Shown here one piece after another: positions 27,013-38,642 of a stretch of 64,000 nucleotides of DNA. The notes beneath the pieces are model-generated. The model was not told the DNA's origin, searched no databases, and saw only the letters and a program-made list of their open reading frames with translations. Each line of letters starts with the position of its first letter. The stretch's first letter is position 1. The DNA comes from Eledone cirrhosa (lineage: Eukaryota). The translations under genes were made by a program, and so were the position numbers. The stretch spans positions 253,580,001 to 253,644,000 of the forward strand of contig OZ024743.1 in the NCBI GenBank assembly GCA_964016885.1, given 5' to 3'.

Positions 27013-30000
27013 TTACAGATATATACTCAGAGTCGGCCCATTCACTCGGGCCATTCTTGCTTCTCTCACCCATCTTTCAACAAAATGCTGGGAAGAGAGC
27101 ACTTCCTTCTCTACTCTGATTTTCCTTTTCAAATGAAATTTGAAAAAGTCAATCAGAGCATCACCGAAGAGGTAAGTGCTCGTCTTCAGCCCTTTCAAAC
27201 GTGTCCACCATACTATCTCTTTCGCCATGGCCACCAGACAGATAAAAACTGCCTGCCCTTCCCGGCTAAAGGAGGAGGGCGGGGCAATCCTCACGATAGA
27301 CTCAGATGATAGCTGGATCCGTCCTAAACGCGACAGCAGGTGTTCGACATAAACCCACAAGTCAGCAATTTTCGGACACTGGACGAGTGCGTGCAGGACG
27401 GTTTCGTCGCCCTGCGCGCATCTCGGACATGCCCGGCTGACGGCACCTCCATGCCTGTAGAGTTTATCCCGAACTGGCAAGGCTCCTCGGTAGCACTGCC
27501 AGGCCAGAGATTTCTGGAAGTTGTCCATAGGCCCTGGCCCGAAAGTTCTTCCGAAGAGATTGGCTAGTTGATTTTCGTCGACGCCTAGAGTTTCCCCAAG
27601 TACGTCGTCGCTCTTCCCCTCCACTAATCCTCTATAGAACGCCGAGGTGGAGTTTCCACCGATCACATTGCCCGATTGGTCGAGGGCTGTGAGCGCCTGA
27701 AGACATTCCAGTCTCCAGGCGCTCCCTCTCGGTCTTCGCTTGACCCAGGACTGCAGCTCCGCCAAGGAAACGAGCTGGGGAAAAACGCGTCTAGCAAACG
27801 GCGACCACACCTGATCACCGTCGAGGAAGAGGTGGAGATGTCGTAGCCTGAGCGCGTGCCTGCGCATCATCAGCCACGGCATGCCCAGCCCTCCACGTAG
27901 CGGGTGTTGACAACAGATGGACCGCCTGACCATCGGAGCACGTCCCTTCCACAAAAAGCGAAAGAGCAAACGCTCCAGCGCAGTCAGGCGAGGCTTAGGA
28001 CAAGGTACGACGGTTAGGCGGTAGCAGATGACAGACGCGATGTACGCGTTAGCCACCTCCGCTCGACCTTTCAGGGATAGCTTCCTCTCCGCCCATTTCT
28101 GGGTGAGAGAAGCCACCCTGCTCGTCACCTCGTCCCAGTTTTTGTCCGTCTGGAGGTCCGGACCGAACCAGACCCCTAGCAATTTAACCGGTCCGTCCGT
28201 CCAGCGCCCGACGACGCTGTTGGACGGCATGGACCTGCCTCTCCAGGTGCCGAGCTGCAGGCCCACTGACTTTTCCTGGTTGATCATTGCTCCTGTCACC
28301 GCTTCGTATTCTCTTAGTGTAGTGCCGATCGCCTCGATGTGTTTGGCGTTCGACACCAGTACGGTGACATCGTCCGCATATGCTGACACGGATCTTCCGC
28401 ATCCTAGTTCGCGCGGGACTGCCCTCAACGTCTCCAGTTTGTGCAGTAATGGCTCGAGAGTCAATACGTACAAGAGGGACGAGAGGGGACATCCTTGGCG
28501 GACCGAGCGCATGATGTTGAACGGTTCCGACAGGTGACCGTTCACTCTCACCACAGAGCAGATGTCGCTGTGCATGGCAGCGATCCAGCCTCTGAAGACG
28601 GGCCCAAAGCCAGCCGCCCTCAGGACTGCCGCTAGGTAACGATGGTCGACCCTATCGAAAGCTTTCGACTGATCTAAATTGATCAAGGACCCACCCGTGC
28701 CAGGTTCCCTAGCTACCCTCTCTACGATGTATCGCATGAGGTGGAGGTTGTCGTGGATGGATCTGTCGGGAATGGCGCATGTCTGCGCCTCTCCCACCAG
28801 ACCACCAACGACAAGCGCCAACCTCTTTGCTAGCACCTTGGCCAAAATCTTAAACTCTGTGTTTAGCAGAGTTATGGGCCGGAAGTTGTCTATGTTATCC
28901 CCCTTGTTCGGATCCTTTCTCAGCAGTGCCACCGCTCCTCGGCTCACAGAACTGGGAATTCTCCCGTTCTGTTGCCAGTTGCAGTAGACGTCCGCCAAGA
29001 GGCCTCCGAACAAGTCTGGCATCTGTACGTAAAGTTCATAGGGCAGACCATCCAAACCAGGCGATTTACCCCTTGTGCAGCCAGTCATTGCCTCCCGTAC
29101 TTCAGCGGCTGTTATCGGCTTTTCGCAACACCTCGCCTCAGTGGCCGAGAGCCGCGGCAGTCCGTCGAGGTAGACACTAAAGTCCATCCCTCTACCCGTC
29201 CCCCCGCTGCCCCCGAACAGCTGAGCGAAGTGTCGCTGAAAAGCTTCACACATTTGCCCGGGATCGAGTAGCATGCGCCCGTCGTGGTCCACCAAAGACC
29301 GGATCGTGGCTTTGTTGCCACGACGCGCCTCCGCCACTCGGGCCCATTGAACGGCTTTTGTCCCCTCGTGTCTGAGAGCACGCACCCTAGCTCTGACAAC
29401 GCAGCCTTCGTGCTTTGCATTGAAGAATTGGTCAAGGGCCAATTTCGCCGCAAGCACGTCGGTCGCAATGCCTTTGCTAAGCGCCTCGTCTAATTTTCTA
29501 ACTAGTTCTCCCTCTGCTCTATTTTTCTCTATTGCTAAAGCCTTACTAAACCTAATCGATTCTATTTTAATCGCTCTTTTCAGAGCAAACCACCACTTGT
29601 TGTTGACGATGGCCCCCGTCAACGCCCGCTTAACTAGTTCGCTAATCCGGTCTCTGTAGGCCTTGCGCGCTGGTAAGGACGCGTTTAGCTTCCAGTAGCC
29701 GGGTCCTCGTCTATGAAGCCTATCTATGTCAAGCACACAGGTCACGAATTTGTGGTCCGTGTAGCTGACTATCTTGAATTGTGGACAGCCTATGCTAGAC
29801 CTATCTATTTCCCTACAAAATACTCTATCTAGATATGATCTGGATGACCCTATGCGGTTTGTCCAAGTCCACATTGGCACATTCGGGAAATCCAATCGGT
29901 ACCTGTCAGACAGTTCAAAACGCCTGAGCAGGTTGGTGAGGCTCTTGCACCCTCCACCCCTATCCGCTAATCCCACACAGTCCCAGCGTGCATCTAAGAT

Positions 30001-30432
30001 CCCGTTCCAGTCGCCCACTAACACTAAAGAGCGGGACGTTCCAAGAAAGGTCTCCAGACGCCGGAAGAAATCAGGCCGCCCTGCTCCTGTCGGGGCATAG
30101 ACGGCCACTAGCCTGAAAGCTTGCCCGTCTCCGCTGGTCACGTCCAGCACCACCAGCTTACCCTCTGGGTCCAGGAAGATGGCCCGTATGGCGAGATCCA
30201 AACCTCTCCGAAAAAGCACAGCAACTCCTCCACCCGATCCAGGACGGCTGGGAGATGCGTACACATCGTAGCCGCCGAAGATCGGTGCGAAGGCCCGTGC
30301 TTCGGAGATTCTGGTCTCGCTGATGGCCACTACATCTATGTTTAGTGACCTGAGGTCGTTGAGCAGGTGACCCTGCTTCCATGACGACCCCAAGCCACGC
30401 GCATTTATGCTGCCTATTCTGAGTGAGGTCAT
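27013..30432 (-). CDS. ORF2p APE-RT-CCHC, 1139 aa (copy 2)
   Basis: Same motifs with canonical YADD. Confidence 0.96.
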   Translation of the reverse strand: MTSLRIGSINARGLGSSWKQGHLLNDLRSLNIDVVAISETRISEARAFAPIFGGYDVYASPSRPGSGGGVAVLFRRGLDLAIRAIFLDPEGKLVVLDVTSGDGQAFRLVAVYAPTGAGRPDFFRRLETFLGTSRSLVLVGDWNGILDARWDCVGLADRGGGCKSLTNLLRRFELSDRYRLDFPNVPMWTWTNRIGSSRSYLDRVFCREIDRSSIGCPQFKIVSYTDHKFVTCVLDIDRLHRRGPGYWKLNASLPARKAYRDRISELVKRALTGAIVNNKWWFALKRAIKIESIRFSKALAIEKNRAEGELVRKLDEALSKGIATDVLAAKLALDQFFNAKHEGCVVRARVRALRHEGTKAVQWARVAEARRGNKATIRSLVDHDGRMLLDPGQMCEAFQRHFAQLFGGSGGTGRGMDFSVYLDGLPRLSATEARCCEKPITAAEVREAMTGCTRGKSPGLDGLPYELYVQMPDLFGGLLADVYCNWQQNGRIPSSVSRGAVALLRKDPNKGDNIDNFRPITLLNTEFKILAKVLAKRLALVVGGLVGEAQTCAIPDRSIHDNLHLMRYIVERVAREPGTGGSLINLDQSKAFDRVDHRYLAAVLRAAGFGPVFRGWIAAMHSDICSVVRVNGHLSEPFNIMRSVRQGCPLSSLLYVLTLEPLLHKLETLRAVPRELGCGRSVSAYADDVTVLVSNAKHIEAIGTTLREYEAVTGAMINQEKSVGLQLGTWRGRSMPSNSVVGRWTDGPVKLLGVWFGPDLQTDKNWDEVTSRVASLTQKWAERKLSLKGRAEVANAYIASVICYRLTVVPCPKPRLTALERLLFRFLWKGRAPMVRRSICCQHPLRGGLGMPWLMMRRHALRLRHLHLFLDGDQVWSPFARRVFPQLVSLAELQSWVKRRPRGSAWRLECLQALTALDQSGNVIGGNSTSAFYRGLVEGKSDDVLGETLGVDENQLANLFGRTFGPGPMDNFQKSLAWQCYRGALPVRDKLYRHGGAVSRACPRCAQGDETVLHALVQCPKIADLWVYVEHLLSRLGRIQLSSESIVRIAPPSSFSREGQAVFICLVAMAKEIVWWTRLKGLKTSTYLFGDALIDFFKFHLKRKIRVEKEVLSSQHFVERWVREARMARVNGPTLSIYL

Positions 30433-30467
30433 GTTTAAAATAGAGTGGAAAAGATGGGAAAGACCAC

Positions 30468-32561
30468 TTACCGTACTTTTGGTAGAGGAGGGATGGTTTT
30501 TACATCCCTTTTCACTTGATCGTCTGGTGAAGGGACCGTTGAATCGTCCCTTCGGCTGGTCGTCGGCTCTTCTAAGAGAATGTCTGAATATACTCTTCGA
30601 TTGATGGTTCCTCCTAGGTCCCTGAAATCACCAACTGCGTTGGGGAATTTCGTTTTAATGTTTGTGTATTGTTTCTGTGCTATTTTTAGCAGTCTTATGT
30701 TAGTTGGCGTTTTGATTGGTGCTGGTATTATGTAGTCCTGTTGTGAAATGTCTGTGTGTTCAATTATGTAAGTCATTAGTTTCTTGTTGTGTGTGTTTAT
30801 TGCCGTGCATTTGTTTTTCTGGGGGTGGGGTGTGGTTCTGCTATTTTCTTGTCGTTGTTGCTGGGTGTGTGTGTTTTGTTGTTGTGTTTGCGATGTTGGT
30901 GCTTGTGGTGGTGGTGTTGAAGGTGTTGTTGGCGGTGGGGTTGTCGCCGGTGGTGATGGTGGTGCTGGTGTGGGTGGTGATGGTGTTGGTGGTGTTGCTG
31001 CTGTGGGTCTCTTTGCAGTAGACTTTACCCTTTTCTCATTTCTTTCCTCCCTTTTCAAAGGCGACGATGCGCTGCTTCTGCGTTTGTGCCTTCTTGCGAC
31101 CTTTTGCCATCCCTCTCCCACCTCACACTCCATGTCTGATTCTGTAAGGTCGGGGAGGGGTACCAGCTCCACTCTTTCACTTGTTGTTGTTGGTGATGTT
31201 TGCACTGGAGTCTCTGTTGCAGCTGCATTTGGTATTGCTGTTGTTGTTGTTAATATTTCCACTGCTGCTGCTGTCTTTGATTTCCGTGGAGTGGGTATGG
31301 GTGCCACGGACCTATCGTTCCTGGTTGCCGCTTGTCCTGTTGCTGGTAGCCGTGGAGCCGGATTCGGAAGGAGGGGGGTTTTCTCCTTTCTCAGGGTCTT
31401 CTCGTTGCAGAAGGCCCTGAGGTGAGTCTTCGATCCACAGCGAAAGCATTTCGGGCGTTTGCCCTCAACACTTATGGGCAGTTGAGTGCCGTTATCGAAG
31501 TCTATCACATCCGGGATAGCTTCGATGCACTCCTGGTTAGTTTGGATTAGCATCTCAATGGAGGAGCCGACCCAATCTTCTCTTACTTTTTTCTGTACTT
31601 GCAGTACAGTTGTTTTGTCCTCGATTCCGACGAGGACAGACGCGGCCAGCCAAGAAGGGGTCATTCCGGGGGGGACGTGGGTCAGTTTGACCCTCACAAT
31701 TTTTTGCCCGCAGTAGGAGGGCACCAACACCATTTCCTCGCTCCTTAGGGTCACTACTGATTGGGCCTTTGCCTCCTGGGGTGTGGCAAAAAGTACGTCT
31801 ACGGTGGCGTATTTTTTGCCTCGGGTGATGTGCGTTTTCCTCTGCCACACAGACCCCAAGGCTTTTTGTATTTGGGCCTCTGTGGCTCTTTCCACCCTAC
31901 GGGATTTTGTACTTACTGTACGGTACGTGACCGTACAGTGCTCTTGGGTTTCGAAAAAATTTTTCGCTGCCTTGCAGATTGCTCGGTGTCCGTTCTTTGT
32001 CACCATCTTCTTCGCTTCCTCTAATTCCTCATTTGTTATGAGGATTGTTTCCAAGTTTTTCGCAATACCTGCAAATGAGATTGGTTTTTCTCTGCTGTTG
32101 TTGTTGTCGTCAGAGCTGCTGGTACTTTTGTTGCTGCAGGTACTACGACTACTGCCTCCGCCGCTGTTGCTGTGGTTGTTGTTGGTGTTGCTGCTGCTAA
32201 TGCTGTTGTTGTTTATGCTGCTGGTGATGCTGTTGCGGCTGCTACTGTTGTTTTCATTGTCACTGTTGCTGTTGTTATTACGGCTGCTACTGCTATTATT
32301 CCTGACGTCAGACGAATGAACTGGGTTTTCGTATTTCCCGCACACCTGTTTCGTCGCTGTCGTCGTCGTCGTGGAGAAACCTTGCACGCTTTGCACGAGA
32401 CTTTTCTTTTCTTTCGTCGCTTGCGAAAGAGAAGGGAGGGAGAGAGACACATTTAAAGAAGGGAGGGAGAGAGACAATCTTCTCTCTGCTGTAGTGATGA
32501 TTGAGGAAGAAGAAGACGGAATGAGTGGGAGTGACGTATGAAATTTCTTTTTGGTAGCCAT
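30468..32561 (-). CDS. ORF1p (copy 2)
   Basis: Same protein as copy 1 ORF1. Confidence 0.9.
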   Translation of the reverse strand: MATKKKFHTSLPLIPSSSSSIITTAERRLSLSLPSLNVSLSLPSLSQATKEKKSLVQSVQGFSTTTTTATKQVCGKYENPVHSSDVRNNSSSSRNNNSNSDNENNSSSRNSITSSINNNSISSSNTNNNHSNSGGGSSRSTCSNKSTSSSDDNNNSREKPISFAGIAKNLETILITNEELEEAKKMVTKNGHRAICKAAKNFFETQEHCTVTYRTVSTKSRRVERATEAQIQKALGSVWQRKTHITRGKKYATVDVLFATPQEAKAQSVVTLRSEEMVLVPSYCGQKIVRVKLTHVPPGMTPSWLAASVLVGIEDKTTVLQVQKKVREDWVGSSIEMLIQTNQECIEAIPDVIDFDNGTQLPISVEGKRPKCFRCGSKTHLRAFCNEKTLRKEKTPLLPNPAPRLPATGQAATRNDRSVAPIPTPRKSKTAAAVEILTTTTAIPNAAATETPVQTSPTTTSERVELVPLPDLTESDMECEVGEGWQKVARRHKRRSSASSPLKREERNEKRVKSTAKRPTAATPPTPSPPTPAPPSPPATTPPPTTPSTPPPQAPTSQTQQQNTHTQQQRQENSRTTPHPQKNKCTAINTHNKKLMTYIIEHTDISQQDYIIPAPIKTPTNIRLLKIAQKQYTNIKTKFPNAVGDFRDLGGTINRRVYSDILLEEPTTSRRDDSTVPSPDDQVKRDVKTIPPLPKVR

Positions 32562-32774
32562 GTTTTTTTGTTTAAAATGAAATTTTGGGTACAAAACCCC
32601 AATAACTGGTTATTTAACCCCGAAGGGCCAAATAACGGACAGAAAGACCCCTCTCACGAGGAGGAGGGTGTCTTTATCAACAATTTGGTTCAAGTTTTAA
32701 ACAATTTACAATTGTTTTAACGGTTAAAAATTACTATACCTTACAGAGCCGAGCCTCCGTCAACCATGGCATTC

Positions 32775-32833
<59 letters not shown>

Positions 32834-33093
32834 TTTCTTTATTAACCACAAGGGTTTACATAAAGTAGACATTAAGGACAGTGCAGGACAATGCAGGACG
32901 GTACAAATGGGCATTTCTGCGTGTAAAAAAACAAAAACAGAGGATGTAACAAAAATAACAATGAAAATAACAATGAAAAATTCCCCAATAGGGGGGAGAC
33001 TTCGGAGGGACATTTGTGGAGAAAGCCCAGTAAAAAGCCACAATGACCCTGACCACCAAGGCAAGTGCCCTCTCCCAGTTTTCCACCTTTAGT

Positions 33094-36000
33094 TTACAGA
33101 TATATACTCAGAGTCGGCCCATTCACTCGGGCCATTCTTGCTTCTCTCACCCATCTTTCAACAAAATGCTGGGAAGAGAGCACTTCCTTCTCTACTCTGA
33201 TTTTCCTTTTCAAATGAAATTTGAAAAAGTCAATCAGAGCATCACCGAAGAGGTAAGTGCTCGTCTTCAGCCCTTTCAAACGTGTCCACCATACTATCTC
33301 TTTCGCCATGGCCACCAGACAGATAAAAACTGCCTGCCCTTCCCGGCTAAAGGAGGAGGGCGGGGCAATCCTCACGATAGACTCAGATGATAGCTGGATC
33401 CGTCCTAAACGCGACAGCAGGTGTTCGACATAAACCCACAAGTCAGCAATTTTCGGACACTGGACGAGTGCGTGCAGGACGGTTTCGTCGCCCTGCGCGC
33501 ATCTCGGACATGCCCGGCTGACGGCACCTCCATGCCTGTAGAGTTTATCCCGAACTGGCAAGGCTCCTCGGTAGCACTGCCAGGCCAGAGATTTCTGGAA
33601 GTTGTCCATAGGCCCTGGCCCGAAAGTTCTTCCGAAGAGATTGGCTAGTTGATTTTCGTCGACGCCTAGAGTTTCCCCAAGTACGTCGTCGCTCTTCCCC
33701 TCCACTAATCCTCTATAGAACGCCGAGGTGGAGTTTCCACCGATCACATTGCCCGATTGGTCGAGGGCTGTGAGCGCCTGAAGACATTCCAGTCTCCAGG
33801 CGCTCCCTCTCGGTCTTCGCTTGACCCAGGACTGCAGCTCCGCCAAGGAAACGAGCTGGGGAAAAACGCGTCTAGCAAACGGCGACCACACCTGATCACC
33901 GTCGAGGAAGAGGTGGAGATGTCGTAGCCTGAGCGCGTGCCTGCGCATCATCAGCCACGGCATGCCCAGCCCTCCACGTAGCGGGTGTTGACAACAGATG
34001 GACCGCCTGACCATCGGAGCACGTCCCTTCCACAAAAAGCGAAAGAGCAAACGCTCCAGCGCAGTCAGGCGAGGCTTAGGACAAGGTACGACGGTTAGGC
34101 GGTAGCAGATGACAGACGCGATGTACGCGTTAGCCACCTCCGCTCGACCTTTCAGGGATAGCTTCCTCTCCGCCCATTTCTGGGTGAGAGAAGCCACCCT
34201 GCTCGTCACCTCGTCCCAGTTTTTGTCCGTCTGGAGGTCCGGACCGAACCAGACCCCTAGCAATTTAACCGGTCCGTCCGTCCAGCGCCCGACGACGCTG
34301 TTGGACGGCATGGACCTGCCTCTCCAGGTGCCGAGCTGCAGGCCCACTGACTTTTCCTGGTTGATCATTGCTCCTGTCACCGCTTCGTATTCTCTTAGTG
34401 TAGTGCCGATCGCCTCGATGTGTTTGGCGTTCGACACCAGTACGGTGACATCGTCCGCATATGCTGACACGGATCTTCCGCATCCTAGTTCGCGCGGGAC
34501 TGCCCTCAACGTCTCCAGTTTGTGCAGTAATGGCTCGAGAGTCAATACGTACAAGAGGGACGAGAGGGGACATCCTTGGCGGACCGAGCGCATGATGTTG
34601 AACGGTTCCGACAGGTGACCGTTCACTCTCACCACAGAGCAGATGTCGCTGTGCATGGCAGCGATCCAGCCTCTGAAGACGGGCCCAAAGCCAGCCGCCC
34701 TCAGGACTGCCGCTAGGTAACGATGGTCGACCCTATCGAAAGCTTTCGACTGATCTAAATTGATCAAGGACCCACCCGTGCCAGGTTCCCTAGCTACCCT
34801 CTCTACGATGTATCGCATGAGGTGGAGGTTGTCGTGGATGGATCTGTCGGGAATGGCGCATGTCTGCGCCTCTCCCACCAGACCACCAACGACAAGCGCC
34901 AACCTCTTTGCTAGCACCTTGGCCAAAATCTTAAACTCTGTGTTTAGCAGAGTTATGGGCCGGAAGTTGTCTATGTTATCCCCCTTGTTCGGATCCTTTC
35001 TCAGCAGTGCCACCGCTCCTCGGCTCACAGAACTGGGAATTCTCCCGTTCTGTTGCCAGTTGCAGTAGACGTCCGCCAAGAGGCCTCCGAACAAGTCTGG
35101 CATCTGTACGTAAAGTTCATAGGGCAGACCATCCAAACCAGGCGATTTACCCCTTGTGCAGCCAGTCATTGCCTCCCGTACTTCAGCGGCTGTTATCGGC
35201 TTTTCGCAACACCTCGCCTCAGTGGCCGAGAGCCGCGGCAGTCCGTCGAGGTAGACACTAAAGTCCATCCCTCTACCCGTCCCCCCGCTGCCCCCGAACA
35301 GCTGAGCGAAGTGTCGCTGAAAAGCTTCACACATTTGCCCGGGATCGAGTAGCATGCGCCCGTCGTGGTCCACCAAAGACCGGATCGTGGCTTTGTTGCC
35401 ACGACGCGCCTCCGCCACTCGGGCCCATTGAACGGCTTTTGTCCCCTCGTGTCTGAGAGCACGCACCCTAGCTCTGACAACGCAGCCTTCGTGCTTTGCA
35501 TTGAAGAATTGGTCAAGGGCCAATTTCGCCGCAAGCACGTCGGTCGCAATGCCTTTGCTAAGCGCCTCGTCTAATTTTCTAACTAGTTCTCCCTCTGCTC
35601 TATTTTTCTCTATTGCTAAAGCCTTACTAAACCTAATCGATTCTATTTTAATCGCTCTTTTCAGAGCAAACCACCACTTGTTGTTGACGATGGCCCCCGT
35701 CAACGCCCGCTTAACTAGTTCGCTAATCCGGTCTCTGTAGGCCTTGCGCGCTGGTAAGGACGCGTTTAGCTTCCAGTAGCCGGGTCCTCGTCTATGAAGC
35801 CTATCTATGTCAAGCACACAGGTCACGAATTTGTGGTCCGTGTAGCTGACTATCTTGAATTGTGGACAGCCTATGCTAGACCTATCTATTTCCCTACAAA
35901 ATACTCTATCTAGATATGATCTGGATGACCCTATGCGGTTTGTCCAAGTCCACATTGGCACATTCGGGAAATCCAATCGGTACCTGTCAGACAGTTCAAA

Positions 36001-36513
36001 ACGCCTGAGCAGGTTGGTGAGGCTCTTGCACCCTCCACCCCTATCCGCTAATCCCACACAGTCCCAGCGTGCATCTAAGATCCCGTTCCAGTCGCCCACT
36101 AACACTAAAGAGCGGGACGTTCCAAGAAAGGTCTCCAGACGCCGGAAGAAATCAGGCCGCCCTGCTCCTGTCGGGGCATAGACGGCCACTAGCCTGAAAG
36201 CTTGCCCGTCTCCGCTGGTCACGTCCAGCACCACCAGCTTACCCTCTGGGTCCAGGAAGATGGCCCGTATGGCGAGATCCAAACCTCTCCGAAAAAGCAC
36301 AGCAACTCCTCCACCCGATCCAGGACGGCTGGGAGATGCGTACACATCGTAGCCGCCGAAGATCGGTGCGAAGGCCCGTGCTTCGGAGATTCTGGTCTCG
36401 CTGATGGCCACTACATCTATGTTTAGTGACCTGAGGTCGTTGAGCAGGTGACCCTGCTTCCATGACGACCCCAAGCCACGCGCATTTATGCTGCCTATTC
36501 TGAGTGAGGTCAT
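33094..36513 (-). CDS. ORF2p APE-RT-CCHC, 1139 aa (copy 3)
   Basis: Same protein as copy 2. Confidence 0.96.
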   Translation of the reverse strand: MTSLRIGSINARGLGSSWKQGHLLNDLRSLNIDVVAISETRISEARAFAPIFGGYDVYASPSRPGSGGGVAVLFRRGLDLAIRAIFLDPEGKLVVLDVTSGDGQAFRLVAVYAPTGAGRPDFFRRLETFLGTSRSLVLVGDWNGILDARWDCVGLADRGGGCKSLTNLLRRFELSDRYRLDFPNVPMWTWTNRIGSSRSYLDRVFCREIDRSSIGCPQFKIVSYTDHKFVTCVLDIDRLHRRGPGYWKLNASLPARKAYRDRISELVKRALTGAIVNNKWWFALKRAIKIESIRFSKALAIEKNRAEGELVRKLDEALSKGIATDVLAAKLALDQFFNAKHEGCVVRARVRALRHEGTKAVQWARVAEARRGNKATIRSLVDHDGRMLLDPGQMCEAFQRHFAQLFGGSGGTGRGMDFSVYLDGLPRLSATEARCCEKPITAAEVREAMTGCTRGKSPGLDGLPYELYVQMPDLFGGLLADVYCNWQQNGRIPSSVSRGAVALLRKDPNKGDNIDNFRPITLLNTEFKILAKVLAKRLALVVGGLVGEAQTCAIPDRSIHDNLHLMRYIVERVAREPGTGGSLINLDQSKAFDRVDHRYLAAVLRAAGFGPVFRGWIAAMHSDICSVVRVNGHLSEPFNIMRSVRQGCPLSSLLYVLTLEPLLHKLETLRAVPRELGCGRSVSAYADDVTVLVSNAKHIEAIGTTLREYEAVTGAMINQEKSVGLQLGTWRGRSMPSNSVVGRWTDGPVKLLGVWFGPDLQTDKNWDEVTSRVASLTQKWAERKLSLKGRAEVANAYIASVICYRLTVVPCPKPRLTALERLLFRFLWKGRAPMVRRSICCQHPLRGGLGMPWLMMRRHALRLRHLHLFLDGDQVWSPFARRVFPQLVSLAELQSWVKRRPRGSAWRLECLQALTALDQSGNVIGGNSTSAFYRGLVEGKSDDVLGETLGVDENQLANLFGRTFGPGPMDNFQKSLAWQCYRGALPVRDKLYRHGGAVSRACPRCAQGDETVLHALVQCPKIADLWVYVEHLLSRLGRIQLSSESIVRIAPPSSFSREGQAVFICLVAMAKEIVWWTRLKGLKTSTYLFGDALIDFFKFHLKRKIRVEKEVLSSQHFVERWVREARMARVNGPTLSIYL

Positions 36514-36548
36514 GTTTAAAATAGAGTGGAAAAGATGGGAAAGACCAC

Positions 36549-38642
36549 TTACCGTACTTTTGGTAGAGGAGGGATGGTTTTTACATCCCTTTTCACTTGA
36601 TCGTCTGGTGAAGGGACCGTTGAATCGTCCCTTCGGCTGGTCGTCGGCTCTTCTAAGAGAATGTCTGAATATACTCTTCGATTGATGGTTCCTCCTAGGT
36701 CCCTGAAATCACCAACTGCGTTGGGGAATTTCGTTTTAATGTTTGTGTATTGTTTCTGTGCTATTTTTAGCAGTCTTATGTTAGTTGGCGTTTTGATTGG
36801 TGCTGGTATTATGTAGTCCTGTTGTGAAATGTCTGTGTGTTCAATTATGTAAGTCATTAGTTTCTTGTTGTGTGTGTTTATTGCCGTGCATTTGTTTTTC
36901 TGGGGGTGGGGTGTGGTTCTGCTATTTTCTTGTCGTTGTTGCTGGGTGTGTGTGTTTTGTTGTTGTGTTTGCGATGTTGGTGCTTGTGGTGGTGGTGTTG
37001 AAGGTGTTGTTGGCGGTGGGGTTGTCGCCGGTGGTGATGGTGGTGCTGGTGTGGGTGGTGATGGTGTTGGTGGTGTTGCTGCTGTGGGTCTCTTTGCAGT
37101 AGACTTTACCCTTTTCTCATTTCTTTCCTCCCTTTTCAAAGGCGACGATGCGCTGCTTCTGCGTTTGTGCCTTCTTGCGACCTTTTGCCATCCCTCTCCC
37201 ACCTCACACTCCATGTCTGATTCTGTAAGGTCGGGGAGGGGTACCAGCTCCACTCTTTCACTTGTTGTTGTTGGTGATGTTTGCACTGGAGTCTCTGTTG
37301 CAGCTGCATTTGGTATTGCTGTTGTTGTTGTTAATATTTCCACTGCTGCTGCTGTCTTTGATTTCCGTGGAGTGGGTATGGGTGCCACGGACCTATCGTT
37401 CCTGGTTGCCGCTTGTCCTGTTGCTGGTAGCCGTGGAGCCGGATTCGGAAGGAGGGGGGTTTTCTCCTTTCTCAGGGTCTTCTCGTTGCAGAAGGCCCTG
37501 AGGTGAGTCTTCGATCCACAGCGAAAGCATTTCGGGCGTTTGCCCTCAACACTTATGGGCAGTTGAGTGCCGTTATCGAAGTCTATCACATCCGGGATAG
37601 CTTCGATGCACTCCTGGTTAGTTTGGATTAGCATCTCAATGGAGGAGCCGACCCAATCTTCTCTTACTTTTTTCTGTACTTGCAGTACAGTTGTTTTGTC
37701 CTCGATTCCGACGAGGACAGACGCGGCCAGCCAAGAAGGGGTCATTCCGGGGGGGACGTGGGTCAGTTTGACCCTCACAATTTTTTGCCCGCAGTAGGAG
37801 GGCACCAACACCATTTCCTCGCTCCTTAGGGTCACTACTGATTGGGCCTTTGCCTCCTGGGGTGTGGCAAAAAGTACGTCTACGGTGGCGTATTTTTTGC
37901 CTCGGGTGATGTGCGTTTTCCTCTGCCACACAGACCCCAAGGCTTTTTGTATTTGGGCCTCTGTGGCTCTTTCCACCCTACGGGATTTTGTACTTACTGT
38001 ACGGTACGTGACCGTACAGTGCTCTTGGGTTTCGAAAAAATTTTTCGCTGCCTTGCAGATTGCTCGGTGTCCGTTCTTTGTCACCATCTTCTTCGCTTCC
38101 TCTAATTCCTCATTTGTTATGAGGATTGTTTCCAAGTTTTTCGCAATACCTGCAAATGAGATTGGTTTTTCTCTGCTGTTGTTGTTGTCGTCAGAGCTGC
38201 TGGTACTTTTGTTGCTGCAGGTACTACGACTACTGCCTCCGCCGCTGTTGCTGTGGTTGTTGTTGGTGTTGCTGCTGCTAATGCTGTTGTTGTTTATGCT
38301 GCTGGTGATGCTGTTGCGGCTGCTACTGTTGTTTTCATTGTCACTGTTGCTGTTGTTATTACGGCTGCTACTGCTATTATTCCTGACGTCAGACGAATGA
38401 ACTGGGTTTTCGTATTTCCCGCACACCTGTTTCGTCGCTGTCGTCGTCGTCGTGGAGAAACCTTGCACGCTTTGCACGAGACTTTTCTTTTCTTTCGTCG
38501 CTTGCGAAAGAGAAGGGAGGGAGAGAGACACATTTAAAGAAGGGAGGGAGAGAGACAATCTTCTCTCTGCTGTAGTGATGATTGAGGAAGAAGAAGACGG
38601 AATGAGTGGGAGTGACGTATGAAATTTCTTTTTGGTAGCCAT
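36549..38642 (-). CDS. ORF1p (copy 3)
   Basis: Same protein as copy 1 ORF1. Confidence 0.9.
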   Translation of the reverse strand: MATKKKFHTSLPLIPSSSSSIITTAERRLSLSLPSLNVSLSLPSLSQATKEKKSLVQSVQGFSTTTTTATKQVCGKYENPVHSSDVRNNSSSSRNNNSNSDNENNSSSRNSITSSINNNSISSSNTNNNHSNSGGGSSRSTCSNKSTSSSDDNNNSREKPISFAGIAKNLETILITNEELEEAKKMVTKNGHRAICKAAKNFFETQEHCTVTYRTVSTKSRRVERATEAQIQKALGSVWQRKTHITRGKKYATVDVLFATPQEAKAQSVVTLRSEEMVLVPSYCGQKIVRVKLTHVPPGMTPSWLAASVLVGIEDKTTVLQVQKKVREDWVGSSIEMLIQTNQECIEAIPDVIDFDNGTQLPISVEGKRPKCFRCGSKTHLRAFCNEKTLRKEKTPLLPNPAPRLPATGQAATRNDRSVAPIPTPRKSKTAAAVEILTTTTAIPNAAATETPVQTSPTTTSERVELVPLPDLTESDMECEVGEGWQKVARRHKRRSSASSPLKREERNEKRVKSTAKRPTAATPPTPSPPTPAPPSPPATTPPPTTPSTPPPQAPTSQTQQQNTHTQQQRQENSRTTPHPQKNKCTAINTHNKKLMTYIIEHTDISQQDYIIPAPIKTPTNIRLLKIAQKQYTNIKTKFPNAVGDFRDLGGTINRRVYSDILLEEPTTSRRDDSTVPSPDDQVKRDVKTIPPLPKVR

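Larger units (their letters stand above)
26751..32774 (-). mobile_element. Full-length L1/Tx1-clade non-LTR retrotransposon, copy 2 (intact)
   Basis: Same structure; ORFs offset 6081 bp from copy 1; intact YADD; (AAT)19 at 26694-26750 and 32775-32831. Confidence 0.95.
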